Origin: Bacillota bacterium
Lineage (GTDB): Bacteria > Bacillota > DTU025
Direction of reading: 5' to 3'
Assembly (NCBI GenBank): GCA_050951805.1
Contig: JBMNJT010000002.1
Span: forward strand, 1-64,000
Length of the DNA stretch: 64,000 nucleotides
The number at the start of each line of letters is the position of its first letter. The first letter of the stretch is position 1. A model generated the notes under the pieces. It was given only the letters and a program-made list of their open reading frames with translations. It did no database searches and was not told the DNA's origin. Shown here one piece after another: positions 53,229 to 63,819 of this stretch. The translations under genes were made by a program, and so were the position numbers.

Positions 53229-54341
53229 ATGCCACCGAAGGTGTACTTCGTCAGTGCAAAGGATGACCACGGCGTGAGTTTGCCCGACAAGATGTCGCGG
53301 CTGCTCGACGCCGCCGATATAGGCAAAGGTATATCCAAGGGCGACCTTGTTGCAATTAAGCTGCATGTAGGGGAGCCCGGAAACCTATCATTCGTGCCGC
53401 CGCAGCTAGTGCGGAGGGTAGTCGATAAAGTGAGAGCAGTGGGAGGCAACCCGTTTCTAACAGATGCCAATACTCTCTACGTAGGTCAACGCTCGAACGG
53501 AGTGAACCATGCCATGGCCGCAATATCCAACGGCTTTGGCGTGGAGGTTACGGGCGCACCGTTCATCGTGGCCGATGGCCTCACTGGGCAAGACTATGTT
53601 GGCGTTTCCATGCCGGGCCCCTTCATACGTGAGGCAAAGATCGCGTCCGCAATAGCCCGCGCAGATGCCGTAATATCCGTTGCCCATTTCAAAGGGCACC
53701 AGCTGTCAGGGTTTGGCGGAACACTGAAGAATCTTGGCATGGGGAGCGCCAGCAGGGCGGGCAAACAGGTTCAACATTCCGACTTGAAGCCCAGGACGAA
53801 TCAGGAAAGGTGCGTCGGGTGCGGACGATGTGTGCGATATTGTCCTGCCGAGGCAATAGCACTCGTTGACAGGCGTGCTGAGGCAGACTGGGGAAAGTGC
53901 ATCGGCTGCGGAGAGTGCGTGGTTGTGTGCAGACACAAGGCTATGCAGATAAACTGGGATGAAGGGGCGCCCGGAAGCATGCAGCGCAGGATGGCCGAAT
54001 ACGCCGCGGCCGCGCTCGCCGGCAAGGAAGGGAAGACGGGTTTTGTGAACGTCGCAATCAGGATCAGTCCTAACTGTGACTGCAACCCGGTCAATGACAT
54101 TCCAGTAGTCTCGGACATAGGATTGCTCGCATCCCATGACCCTGTTGCACTCGATCAAGCCAGTTCGGATATGGTGGTTCGGGCAGCCGGAGCCCCGGGC
54201 GGGGCATGCTGTGACGTGGGCGAACATGAAGACAAGTTCAAATCCGTCTTTCCCAATACCGACTGGAACACCCAGCTGGAGCACGCTGAGGCTATAGGCC
54301 TTGGAAGCAGAGAATACGAACTTGTTGAACTAATGCGTTAG
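53229..54341 (+). CDS. DUF362 domain Fe-S protein with two 4Fe-4S ferredoxin motifs
   Basis: VAIKLHVGE, HFKGH...GGTLKNLGMG, CVGCGRCVRYCP, CIGCGECVVVC and DPVALDQA motifs. Confidence 0.9.
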   Translation: MPPKVYFVSAKDDHGVSLPDKMSRLLDAADIGKGISKGDLVAIKLHVGEPGNLSFVPPQLVRRVVDKVRAVGGNPFLTDANTLYVGQRSNGVNHAMAAISNGFGVEVTGAPFIVADGLTGQDYVGVSMPGPFIREAKIASAIARADAVISVAHFKGHQLSGFGGTLKNLGMGSASRAGKQVQHSDLKPRTNQERCVGCGRCVRYCPAEAIALVDRRAEADWGKCIGCGECVVVCRHKAMQINWDEGAPGSMQRRMAEYAAAALAGKEGKTGFVNVAIRISPNCDCNPVNDIPVVSDIGLLASHDPVALDQASSDMVVRAAGAPGGACCDVGEHEDKFKSVFPNTDWNTQLEHAEAIGLGSREYELVELMR

Positions 54342-54581
54342 CAAGGGTCCTGCCGAGGCAGACATGCGGCTGGTGATGGCGCCCGGCCAACGGGCATTGA
54401 GGCTCGCAGCTATTGCAGTGGCCTACGTGGCATTCGTCTTCACGCCAGAAAAGCTTTGATATATGAATAACGAAGGGAGATCTGTGGGAGGCGGGCCTGA
54501 GAGCGTGTGCATCCCGGCTGAAGCCTTCAGGCCATCAAAACACCTCCCACAAAACCCTCGGTTCTCGTATGTGTATGGGAT

Positions 54582-55397
54582 CTACAGACTGGAGTGTGTG
54601 AAAACGAACTCTGCCACCTGGGGCGCTTTATCGGACATCCTCCATTCTCCGCGGAGACCGTTGGCCTTCGCCGCTATTTCGAAATGGAGCATTGCGATCC
54701 CGCAGTCCAGCTTGACCGGGGCGATAGGAAACGGATCAAGTCCGGACGTGGATATCGTCACCCGCTCTTCGCCTACATTGAACTGCCATGGTTGCCTGTT
54801 CAGCGCTGACGGCGCAAGCCTGGCCGCCTCAAGAGCTTCACCGCAGCCGGGTGGCCAGTCTTTCTGAGGCAGTCCGCTGACAATCGATGACAGGGGCTTT
54901 CTCTTATGCGCAGAAGCCGCGGTCCTTATTGCCTTCGCGCCGAAAGTCTCGCTAGACGCGGGAAAGCCCAGTGGCGTCACGGCCATGACTTTTTCTGATG
55001 CTGCAAGGGTTACCCTGCGTTCTGCTTCGTTGCGCCTGAAACTCCCGCTGACCCAGCAGGTAGCAAGGCCCAGTGAAGTAGCCTCAAGGACGATTCCTTC
55101 ACCCAAGTAGCCCGTGGCCACTTGATAATGGGGATGGGAGGTGTCTGCGATGAACGCCAGCGCGACGGGGGGAGCTGTGATTTTGCCCACAGGGCCGACA
55201 AGGCCTGTGAAAACTTCAGATGCGCTGTCTGCGACGATAACAGCGCGGGCCCCTTCACATAGCGGTGCGAAACCGGAAAGAAGGGGCGCAAGCGCGTCAA
55301 GCAGGCCGTCGGGAACGGGCCTGCCGTCGTAGTTCCTAGTCGAATGGCGATCGAATATCGCGTCATACCATGTCAATGCCAGAGTTTCAGAAACCAT
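54582..55397 (-). CDS. Nitroreductase family protein (tandem domains)
   Basis: RHSTRNY, LGLATCWV, ARLAPSALNRQPW and DCGIAMLHF motifs. Confidence 0.92.
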   Translation of the reverse strand: MVSETLALTWYDAIFDRHSTRNYDGRPVPDGLLDALAPLLSGFAPLCEGARAVIVADSASEVFTGLVGPVGKITAPPVALAFIADTSHPHYQVATGYLGEGIVLEATSLGLATCWVSGSFRRNEAERRVTLAASEKVMAVTPLGFPASSETFGAKAIRTAASAHKRKPLSSIVSGLPQKDWPPGCGEALEAARLAPSALNRQPWQFNVGEERVTISTSGLDPFPIAPVKLDCGIAMLHFEIAAKANGLRGEWRMSDKAPQVAEFVFTHSSL

Positions 55398-55609
55398 TCC
55401 CTTCCTCCTTTGCTTTCCACACTAACGTTCGTCTGCGTCCTTGTTCAACTTGAGGCTAAGCGATTCCTGCAACCGACTGTGTAAGAATATGTGCTGGACG
55501 TGCGCGGCAGAAGCTGTATGCACTACCGAGGCCATACAGCCGTTTGAAGGGAAACGCGCTTTGATGGCTAAGCAAGAAAGGTATAGTCTTATGACAGGGG
55601 GGAGCAAGG

Positions 55610-56116
55610 ATGGGCGTATTTGGATGGCATGATAAGCGTTCGTCTGCGGAAAAAGAGGCGTTGCAGCATGCCTGCACTTATCTGTACGGGGCAAGCCAGT
55701 TGATTTCTTACGGAATTGCGCTGGACGACAACATTGAGGTAGTCGCCGAACAATTCCCGCACTTTGGCCGCGATAACTTGGAGAAGGTGCGTGAGTCTCT
55801 GTTGAAACATGCTGAAGCCAGTCTGAGATCGGCTCGACTGTACCTCGAATGCCATCCGGATCTTGCGGATTTCGAGCCTAATTGGACTCCGGAAGATACC
55901 GGACTTATAGTGGAGTTCCTCCAATGCGAGTACGGGGACGAGCAACCTGAACTATCCGATGCAATGCGCGGCGATCTGCTGGCTCCAGTCTATGTTTTTC
56001 TTGAACGGTGCGTAAACGAGCGCCGAAAGAGCAGCAGTGCTCCTGCAGCCGACATCGAGGGTGCCGACCGGACCTGCGATGGAGAAGCAAAAGAGCAGCC
56101 GTCCTGCCGAGACTGA
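55610..56116 (+). CDS. Hypothetical protein
   Basis: 168-codon ORF with GGGGAG RBS filling an intergenic gap; no recognised motif. Confidence 0.55.
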   Translation: MGVFGWHDKRSSAEKEALQHACTYLYGASQLISYGIALDDNIEVVAEQFPHFGRDNLEKVRESLLKHAEASLRSARLYLECHPDLADFEPNWTPEDTGLIVEFLQCEYGDEQPELSDAMRGDLLAPVYVFLERCVNERRKSSSAPAADIEGADRTCDGEAKEQPSCRD

Positions 56117-56158
56117 CGGCTGCTGTCAATCATAGCCCAGACCGAAGATGAGCCGCGT

Positions 56159-57070
56159 CTATTGAGCCGCGTATGATTCGAGAATAATTGTGAGTGTAGC
56201 TGTTTCAGAGTTTTCGTCACCAGGGTAGGGGCTGTTAACGATCTCTGCTTTTACGAGTCCGATATATGGCGCAAGCCAAAAAGTGATTCGTTCAACGTCG
56301 TCCTCGTCTGAACCCGCGAGAGCGCAACGTAAGGCTTTGAATCTGCCGGTTGGTGTTGCTATCGATTCTTCTCCTTCGACTGTAAAAAGTTCGCCCATTA
56401 TGGTGTCGCCCGCCTCAAGCGGCGCCTCAAACAGAAAGGCTTCAATCGATTCTTGGCCCTCTACTTGGATGACAAGGTAGTAGCCATCTTCTTTTCGGGC
56501 TATCGCCAGCATTACTTCTTCCTCTGGCGGTTCGGGCTGCCCGGTCAAAACATGGTAGGCAGGAGCGACTTCGCTGCCCTCGAGGGATATGTAGAAGTAA
56601 GTTCCATCCTCGCACTCTTCAACGCTGTCGACTGCTACGCTTACATAGAGCTCGTTTAGCTCATCTTCTGGCGGTGGCTCTATGGTTACGTTGTAGTTCC
56701 ATTCGCTGAACTCGAAAAGGCCAAGGTAATCGAGTTTGCTTCCCACAAAGTCCACATTCGATGCCTCTTTGGAAACGGTCTTTGAACCTGGCGTGAACTT
56801 CCAGCCTTCCTTTGTGGGGGTGACGGTGACTTTGCCCTTCAGACCGTCTTTGGCCCATTTCCCATCATCCGAGGTGGTTGCGGTTCCGAACCTACCGCTG
56901 AAGGCAATTGCAACGCCGCCGATCCCGTTGCCGTCGGGATCAGTGATCTTGCCTGACACTGAATAGGGTTGCGAAATGGCCCCTCCAAGGCACCCTGACG
57001 TTGTAGTGAACAGCAACACAACCACAGCTATGCAGGCTGCCAGCCGAAGCCCATTGATTACCCGCTTCAT
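56159..57070 (-). CDS. Lipoprotein with carboxypeptidase-regulatory-like (beta-sandwich) domain
   Basis: Signal peptide with lipobox TSGC; YSVSGKITDPDGNGIGGVAI..TTSDDGKW..VTVTPTKEGWKF; GGAGG RBS. Confidence 0.8.
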   Translation of the reverse strand: MKRVINGLRLAACIAVVVLLFTTTSGCLGGAISQPYSVSGKITDPDGNGIGGVAIAFSGRFGTATTSDDGKWAKDGLKGKVTVTPTKEGWKFTPGSKTVSKEASNVDFVGSKLDYLGLFEFSEWNYNVTIEPPPEDELNELYVSVAVDSVEECEDGTYFYISLEGSEVAPAYHVLTGQPEPPEEEVMLAIARKEDGYYLVIQVEGQESIEAFLFEAPLEAGDTIMGELFTVEGEESIATPTGRFKALRCALAGSDEDDVERITFWLAPYIGLVKAEIVNSPYPGDENSETATLTIILESYAAQ

Positions 57071-57447
57071 CAATACTACGCCTCCCAATGTTGTGGTTTG
57101 ACCACAGGAAGCACTGAGTCCCATGGCCACAACCGCTTATTTCGGAACGATATCCGAATATATCCTAATTATCCACTCCAAAACATATAACATCAAAAAT
57201 CACTTTGACTAGGGCTTGTCTTCCAAGCGCGTTGCCTCGCCGCGCCGGAACCGCAATGGATGCTCGCCGTCTGATGCAGGCACATTGTGGTCGAGGAAAG
57301 TTGTAGCCGGGGAAGGAGTCTTGGGTTTGGCGGATAACCTTGTAATTGTGTCTGACAAGGGAATTGGGCCCTCGCATGTAGGGTATAAGGAATATCGAGG
57401 TTTCCGCTGGACGGCGTCGGGCTGTCGGGTTGTGGGGGGGATGTTTT

Positions 57448-58776
57448 TTGAAGTTCATTCATACATCTGATTGGCATTTGGGGCGGATCTTCTATGGAGT
57501 TCGCCTCACTGACGATCAGGCTTATGTCCTCGATCAATTCGTGGACTTGGTTCGGGATGAGTCGCCGGACGCGGTGGTGATTGCAGGCGACATATACGAC
57601 AGGACTGCGCCTCCGGTGGAGGCAGTGCAACTTCTCGACGAGACATTGTCCCGGATAGTGCTGGGACTTGGGGTGCCTGTCATCCTCATTGCCGGAAATC
57701 ACGATTCGCCCGAACGCCTCAGCTTCGGTTCTTCGCTCATGCAGACGCAAGGACTACACATTATCGGGCTGCCTGACATGTGCGCCCCCATCGAGATCAG
57801 CGACGAGCATGGGCCGGTATGGTTCGTGCCTATTCCCTATGCCGAGCCTGCTGTTGTGCGCGACAGGCTTTGCGCTCCGGATGCGCATGATCATGATACT
57901 GCAATGAAGGCGCAGTTCGAGGCGGCAGCTGCTGAGGCGATCAATTTTGCAACAGCTCAGTATGGTGTTGTGGGAACAGGGGAGCTCGGAGAAGGGCCTG
58001 GGAAGCAGAAGATTGCATGGGGAGGAATGCCGGACGCTGGCTCTCCAGCGATGCGGTCACTTTTTGAGCATTCCGCTGCCGCGGATTTTAGCCCAAACAT
58101 TGTCCCATGGAATGTTCGCGCCGTTGCCGTTGCCCACGCATTTGTTAGCGGCGGGACAGTGTCAGAGTCGGAACGGCCACTTTCCGTTGGAGGCGCGGGC
58201 ATGATCGACATATCTCATTTTCTTCCCTTTACATACACAGCCCTTGGCCACTTGCATCGTCCCCAAACCATGTCTGAAACGGCAGTCAGGTACTCCGGCT
58301 CTTTGCTCAAATACTCATTTGACGAGGCAGACCACTCAAAATCTGTCACAGTTGTGGAGATAGACGGCGATGGGACGCCGTCAGTGAGAGTGGTGTCGCT
58401 GACGCCAAAACGCGATGTGCGCAAGATCAAAGGACGGTTTGAAGAAGTCATGCGCGGGCCGGGGCCCGGCGAATCGCGACATGATTACATATCAGTCTGC
58501 CTTACCGACCGGGAGGCGATATGGGATGCCATGAACCGGCTGCGGGCTGTCTACCCCAATGTCATGCAGATCGTGCCGAGCGAGGATGCTATGGCAGATG
58601 CGGCCGAATCCGGCCTCGTTGCTGCAAGGGTGGATCACAGGAAAGTCACCGACCTGGAGCTCTTCTGCGATTTCTATTCGCAGGTTACCGGGGAGGCGAT
58701 GTCGGATGACGAGAAGGCGGCCTTCGTGGCTATTCTCGAGAAAGCTCAGGCAGAGAAGGAGGTGGCTGCGTTATGA
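57448..58776 (+). CDS. sbcD: Exonuclease SbcD
   Basis: HTSDWHLG, AGDIYD, GNHDS, ALGHLHRPQ and RYSGSLLKYSF motifs. Confidence 0.95.
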   Translation: MKFIHTSDWHLGRIFYGVRLTDDQAYVLDQFVDLVRDESPDAVVIAGDIYDRTAPPVEAVQLLDETLSRIVLGLGVPVILIAGNHDSPERLSFGSSLMQTQGLHIIGLPDMCAPIEISDEHGPVWFVPIPYAEPAVVRDRLCAPDAHDHDTAMKAQFEAAAAEAINFATAQYGVVGTGELGEGPGKQKIAWGGMPDAGSPAMRSLFEHSAAADFSPNIVPWNVRAVAVAHAFVSGGTVSESERPLSVGGAGMIDISHFLPFTYTALGHLHRPQTMSETAVRYSGSLLKYSFDEADHSKSVTVVEIDGDGTPSVRVVSLTPKRDVRKIKGRFEEVMRGPGPGESRHDYISVCLTDREAIWDAMNRLRAVYPNVMQIVPSEDAMADAAESGLVAARVDHRKVTDLELFCDFYSQVTGEAMSDDEKAAFVAILEKAQAEKEVAAL

Positions 58777-61700
58777 GACCCATTCGTCTGTCGATGCAAG
58801 CATTCGGGCCTTATGCGGGCGAAGAGGTCGTGGACTTTCGCGAGCTTGAGGGCAGGAGCTTTTTCCTGATTCACGGTCCGACTGGGTCCGGAAAGACCGC
58901 CATCTTGGACGCTATCTGTTTTGCTCTTTACGGCAAGACGAGCGGAGCCGAGCGCGACGGCAGCGATATGAGATCCCATTATGCCGATGATTCGACGCCG
59001 ACTGTGGTCATCTTCGATTTCGCCGTGGGCCAGAAAAAATACCGGGTGCAGAGGAGCCCCTCATACGAGGTGGCCGGGAGGAAAACCCCGATAGGGCCCG
59101 ATGCCACCCTTTGGGACAGGACAGGTATCGACAGTGAAGACGAGGTTAGTGATGAGGGACGGGTATTGGCCACAGGAGTAAAGTCAGTCACCTTCGAGGT
59201 CGAGGAGATCCTGGGCTTTAAGGCCGACCAATTTCGTCAGGTAGTCCTCTTGCCACAGGGCCAATTCAGGCAGGCGCTCACTGCTGATTCGGCTGAACGC
59301 AGGGGAATCATGGAGATACTTTTTGGGACCGAGCCTTACAGACAGATTGAGGCAGCACTGAAGGATGAAGCTAGGTCTCTTCAGGACAAGCTTGAACAGG
59401 CGAAGGATCGGCGCGATACTCTTCTGAAGCAGACGGACGCAGAGTCCGTGGACGAGCTGAAGGCGGCTTGCGAAGAGATGTGCGAGAAGTGCGCAATGGC
59501 CAAGCGGACTGAAGAGGAGATGAAGGAGAAGGCGGGCAAGGCCGCAGGGGCTCTCGAAAAGGGGCGGGCAGATGCAGGAAAGATCGAGGAGGCCTCTGCT
59601 GCAGCTGCGGCTGTCGCCGAGTTGAAGAAGAGGGAAGCGGAGATCGCCGCTATGCGGGACGAACGTGATGCGGCCAGGCGCGCGCTGGCATGCGCCAGCG
59701 CTGAAGGTCTGTACGCGGCAGCCGAAGAGACGGTGGAGGCTGGCATCAAAGCGGCCGAGGATGCCAACAGGAAGTTGGCCGAAGCAAAAGAGCTTGCCGA
59801 AAAAGCCCGAGAGAAGCTTGAAGAAGAGAAGTCGCCTAAAAGGGCTGAGGAACGCGAGAATGCTGAGAAGGTCGTCATGCGCCTCGAATCGCTGGGAGAC
59901 AAGGTAGCCGCGATCGACGAGGCGAGGAGTGCAGCAGCAGAGGCGTCGCTGGCGGCGAAAAGCGCAGCTGGGTTGGCGGAAGAGGCAGGTAGAAACAAAG
60001 GCAAGCTTAACAGCAAGCTCAAGGAGGCCAAGAGCCAGCTGAAGCGCGTGCAGAAGGAGGCACCTGAGGCTTTACGCTGGGAGACTGTTGCAAGGGAGAC
60101 GAGGCAGACCCTCGACAGGTTGCAGAGGAGGAGAGAGCTCGAGGCTGATCTCGAGAAAGCGAATGAGGAGGCGCTTGAGGCAGCTGACGCGGCAGAGAAT
60201 GCTGAAAAGGCGTTGGCAACAGAGAAGAAGGACCTCGAGAGGCTGCAGGATTCCTGGATGGCGGGCCAGGCAGCTGCGCTGGCCATGTCTTTGAAACCGG
60301 GGATGCCTTGCCCTGTGTGCGGATCCCTCGAACATCCGAAGCCGGCTTGTGTTGAGATGGAAGGCCCAGACGGCGTAGGAAGTGCACAAGATGCAGAGGT
60401 TGCAGTTTTGTCTCAGGACGCGATTGAGGCGGCCAGGGAGCGAGTTAGGTTAGCAGAGGAAGACTACCGTCGCCTCCAGAGGATCGCTGCAGATGCAGCC
60501 CAGGTCGTAGCGGAAGTGAAGGGCCGCCTCGGGGCTTGGGAAGTCGGCATTGAGCCGAAGGAGGGCGAGAGCCTCTCTCAGCAGGTGCAAAGGATCGGGG
60601 CTGAGTTGGCCGAGGCAGAGAAACGTGCCGAAGAGGCTGTAGCCGCTGCAAAAAGGGCGGATTCGCTGGAGCAGCAGATCAACGATATGGAGGAGCAGCT
60701 TGTCCGCGCCGAAGAGGAGCTCGCTCAGGCTGAGAAGGCTCGATCGGAAGCGGAAGCGAGGTTGGCTGCCGCAAAGGCAAGGGTGGAGGAGAGGGAAGCC
60801 GATGTTCCTGTAGAACTGCGCGCCCCTGACGCGTTGGAACGGGCATTGGCTGAGGCCGAAACCGCTCGCAATCGCTTGCTCAAGGCGCTGGAAGAAGCCG
60901 AGAAGGCCTCGCAGGCGGCAGAGCAGGCATTGGCTGCTGCGAAGTCCGAGAAGGGCGCGGCCGACAGGGCCGTTGAAAAGGCGGTGACGGTAAAGAAGAG
61001 GCGTATGGGGGAGTTCGCGGCTAGGGTAGCCGAGGCCGGATTTGCGGATATTTCGGCCTATAGAGCTTCCAAAAGGTCGGAGCAACAGCTTGATGCTTTG
61101 GAGAAGGCTATCGACGGTTTCGATCAGCAGATGCATGCAGCAACGGTGCGCCTAGCCAGAGCAGAAGAAGCTGCAGCCGGAATAGAGAGTCCCGATCTTG
61201 AGACCCTGGAGGCAGAGGCGAAGCGCCTCGCGCAGGCATCCGATGATGCCGTGGCTGCCCGTGCCCAACTGGAGAGCGAAGCCGATGCCATGCAGAAGCT
61301 GGTTAAGGCTTTAGAGGCTCTGTCACAGGAGATGGCGGGCTTGGAAGAGGAATATGGGGTTGTTGTCCGCATAGCTTACGTAGCTGGCGGCAAGAAACCG
61401 AACAAGCTGGGGATGAACTTCGAGACTTTTATCCTCGCCTCCATGCTTGATAAGGTTGCAGATGCAGCTACCCGAAGACTTCAGGTCATGAGTAAGGGCA
61501 GATACAGTCTAAGGCGGACACTTGATCGAAAGACGGCTCGAAGCGCCGGAGGGCTTGAGCTGGAAGTGTTCGACATGTACACAGGACGGGAGCGTAGTGT
61601 GACGACGTTGTCTGGAGGCGAGGGGTTCATGGCTTCGCTCTCCCTAGCGTTGGGACTGGCCGATGTAGTCCAGGCCTATGCTGGAGGGATTCACCTGGAC

Positions 61701-61904
61701 ACGATGTTCATAGATGAAGGCTTTGGCGCTCTTGACCCTGAATCGCTCGATCTTGCTCTCGACACCCTGATCGATCTGCAGCGCGACAGCGGGAGGCTCG
61801 TAGGCGTGATCTCGCACGTTCCTGAGCTTGAGGAGAGGATAGACGCCAGACTCGAGGTGAGCATGACGGAGACTGGAAGCACGACAAGATTTGTGGTGGG
61901 GTGA
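58773..61904 (+). CDS. sbcC: SMC-like exonuclease subunit SbcC
   Basis: GPTGSGKT, LPQGQF, CPVCGS zinc hook, long coiled coils, LSGGE and FIDEGFG. Confidence 0.96.
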   Translation: MRPIRLSMQAFGPYAGEEVVDFRELEGRSFFLIHGPTGSGKTAILDAICFALYGKTSGAERDGSDMRSHYADDSTPTVVIFDFAVGQKKYRVQRSPSYEVAGRKTPIGPDATLWDRTGIDSEDEVSDEGRVLATGVKSVTFEVEEILGFKADQFRQVVLLPQGQFRQALTADSAERRGIMEILFGTEPYRQIEAALKDEARSLQDKLEQAKDRRDTLLKQTDAESVDELKAACEEMCEKCAMAKRTEEEMKEKAGKAAGALEKGRADAGKIEEASAAAAAVAELKKREAEIAAMRDERDAARRALACASAEGLYAAAEETVEAGIKAAEDANRKLAEAKELAEKAREKLEEEKSPKRAEERENAEKVVMRLESLGDKVAAIDEARSAAAEASLAAKSAAGLAEEAGRNKGKLNSKLKEAKSQLKRVQKEAPEALRWETVARETRQTLDRLQRRRELEADLEKANEEALEAADAAENAEKALATEKKDLERLQDSWMAGQAAALAMSLKPGMPCPVCGSLEHPKPACVEMEGPDGVGSAQDAEVAVLSQDAIEAARERVRLAEEDYRRLQRIAADAAQVVAEVKGRLGAWEVGIEPKEGESLSQQVQRIGAELAEAEKRAEEAVAAAKRADSLEQQINDMEEQLVRAEEELAQAEKARSEAEARLAAAKARVEEREADVPVELRAPDALERALAEAETARNRLLKALEEAEKASQAAEQALAAAKSEKGAADRAVEKAVTVKKRRMGEFAARVAEAGFADISAYRASKRSEQQLDALEKAIDGFDQQMHAATVRLARAEEAAAGIESPDLETLEAEAKRLAQASDDAVAARAQLESEADAMQKLVKALEALSQEMAGLEEEYGVVVRIAYVAGGKKPNKLGMNFETFILASMLDKVADAATRRLQVMSKGRYSLRRTLDRKTARSAGGLELEVFDMYTGRERSVTTLSGGEGFMASLSLALGLADVVQAYAGGIHLDTMFIDEGFGALDPESLDLALDTLIDLQRDSGRLVGVISHVPELEERIDARLEVSMTETGSTTRFVVG

Positions 61905-62297
61905 AGTGCGGGTTGTCAACAAACCTGGCCAACTTCCAAACCCATCCCATTTGTGGACAGGTTCAAATGCATAAACCGGCCTTCACTGGCAAAAGACAGT
62001 CCAACGGGTGTCGATAGGCTGCTTCTGAGATTTGTCCGGAAGTGTGCAGGCAAAACCCAAAATCCGGCTGTGCTGATTACTTGACCTGCCTTTGCTCAAA
62101 AACTAGCTGCGCTCTCCAAAACACGCCCCGAGTCTGTTCGGCAATGAAAAAAGTGCATAAGTTGATCACCGTGCTCGAGGGCGATACGGGGCCAGTGGGC
62201 TTTGGTAACTGTGTTCTGAATATATGAGCCGCCGCGTCTTAAGGAGTGGTGCAGATAGAGTCTGAGGTACGCAGGTTGAACTGCAGCCGTGAAATAC

Positions 62298-62326
62298 TCA
62301 CCGGGCTTTTGAGGAAAGCCCGGTGA
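62298..62326. terminator. Hairpin in the convergent intergenic region
   Basis: TCACCGGGCTTT-TGAGG-AAAGCCCGGTGA perfect 12-bp stem. Confidence 0.6.
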
Positions 62327-62448
62327 TATGGGAACCGAGAATTACCGCGCCGGAGAAATATCAAATCAGGAAAGGGCAGGGGGCGAAATTGCCCCCTATT
62401 GTTCTATTTTGCCTGCTATTGGCGCCCGGCGGGCTTTGCTATCCGCAG

Positions 62449-63819
62449 CTACTTGCCTGTTATGGAGCACCCCTCAATCTGGATGTAAGGCATTCTTGAG
62501 CCGCCAACATCGACGTATTCACGCGATACGTCCACGACCTGTCTGAGGAGGTCGTAGATGTTGCCTGAGATCATGACCTCTTTGACCGGACACACGATTT
62601 TGCCCGCTTCTATGTAATGCCCTCCCTTTACCAGGCCCGAGAAGTCACCGCTCACAGGGTCAACATTCCCTGAGAACCTGCTCACCAGCAGTCCCTTGGA
62701 ACAGCCCGCTATCATCTCGTCCAGTGAGTGTTTGCCGGATGCAACGACGAAGTTCGTCGTGGAAATGCCTGGAACAGTATGGTCGCTGCCTGCTGCGCGC
62801 CCATTGGAGGCGACGCCATCTTTTTTAGCAGTATAGCAGTTATAGAGGTAATGGTTGAGCGTGCCTTCGCTTACGAGCTGCAAAGCAGCGGGCGGCACCC
62901 CTTCGCGGTCAAATGAGGTGGACCCTGCCGCTTTGGGAAGCTTGGGATCATCAGTCACTGAAATCACCGGCGACATTACCTCGGTGCCCAACATGCCCGC
63001 CCATTTGGATCTCCCGTTCTGCACATTCTGGGCATTGCATGAGAACGATATGGGTTCGGCTATTAGATCGTAGCCTGCGTAGGGAGTGATGATCACGTCC
63101 CCTTTGAAACTCGGCACGGTAGTGGCCCCGAGCGAAGCGACGACTTTCTCGGCCAGTTTGCGTCCTATGGCTGTAGGATCGATTTCGTCCTTCCTGCACG
63201 TGACCGCAACTTCCAAATCAAAAGATGACACTTCTTTTTCGTCCCTGGCAAACCCCATAGCTAGGCAGGTGAAGACAGAATCTTTTTCAACGAGCCTGAT
63301 GCCCTTGGAGTTGACAATGGCTTTCTCAGTGATGTCCACCATATACTGCGCTGAATCCAAAGTAACTCTGGGATCGAAGGCACGAGCTGAGTTCACAAGC
63401 GCTAACCCCTGCTCTACTGCGTCTTCAAGGCTCATGGTTTCAGCAGATTCGTCGTATCGGCCGGGAACCGGCTCGATCGCGGACGGCTCAGGCATCCAGT
63501 GATTGGGATCATCAGGCGACGCATTCGCTATTGCTATCGCGGCCAGGAGCGTCTCCTCAAGCGAGTCGGGGGAGAGCATGTTCGTGGCGGCAAAGCCTTG
63601 TTTTGCTCCGCCCTTGCCGTAAAGGAGCACGCGTATGCCCAGGCCGTCATAGTCGTCGCCCTTGGGTACCTGCAGGTCGTTTTTTTCGAATACTGCCCCA
63701 AGTTGTCTGGACTTGATGTAGAACACTTCTGCATCGTCGGCGCCCATCTTGCGCGCACGTTCTACCAGGCTGTCACAGAGCTCGAGTTCCTTCAATGTTT
63801 CGCTCCCTCCTCTACTCAT
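62449..63819 (-). CDS. pmbA: TldD/PmbA family protein (PmbA/TldE)
   Basis: GADDAEV, IVNSKG, FDREG, SGDFSG, PVKEVMISGN and MPYI motifs; downstream of tldD. Confidence 0.9.
   Translation of the reverse strand: MSRGGSETLKELELCDSLVERARKMGADDAEVFYIKSRQLGAVFEKNDLQVPKGDDYDGLGIRVLLYGKGGAKQGFAATNMLSPDSLEETLLAAIAIANASPDDPNHWMPEPSAIEPVPGRYDESAETMSLEDAVEQGLALVNSARAFDPRVTLDSAQYMVDITEKAIVNSKGIRLVEKDSVFTCLAMGFARDEKEVSSFDLEVAVTCRKDEIDPTAIGRKLAEKVVASLGATTVPSFKGDVIITPYAGYDLIAEPISFSCNAQNVQNGRSKWAGMLGTEVMSPVISVTDDPKLPKAAGSTSFDREGVPPAALQLVSEGTLNHYLYNCYTAKKDGVASNGRAAGSDHTVPGISTTNFVVASGKHSLDEMIAGCSKGLLVSRFSGNVDPVSGDFSGLVKGGHYIEAGKIVCPVKEVMISGNIYDLLRQVVDVSREYVDVGGSRMPYIQIEGCSITGK

Noticed and set aside
59381-61372. 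Long antisense ORFs and repetitive Ala/Glu-rich sequence
   Set aside because: These are shadows of the SbcC coiled-coil codon pattern, not separate genes or a repeat array.
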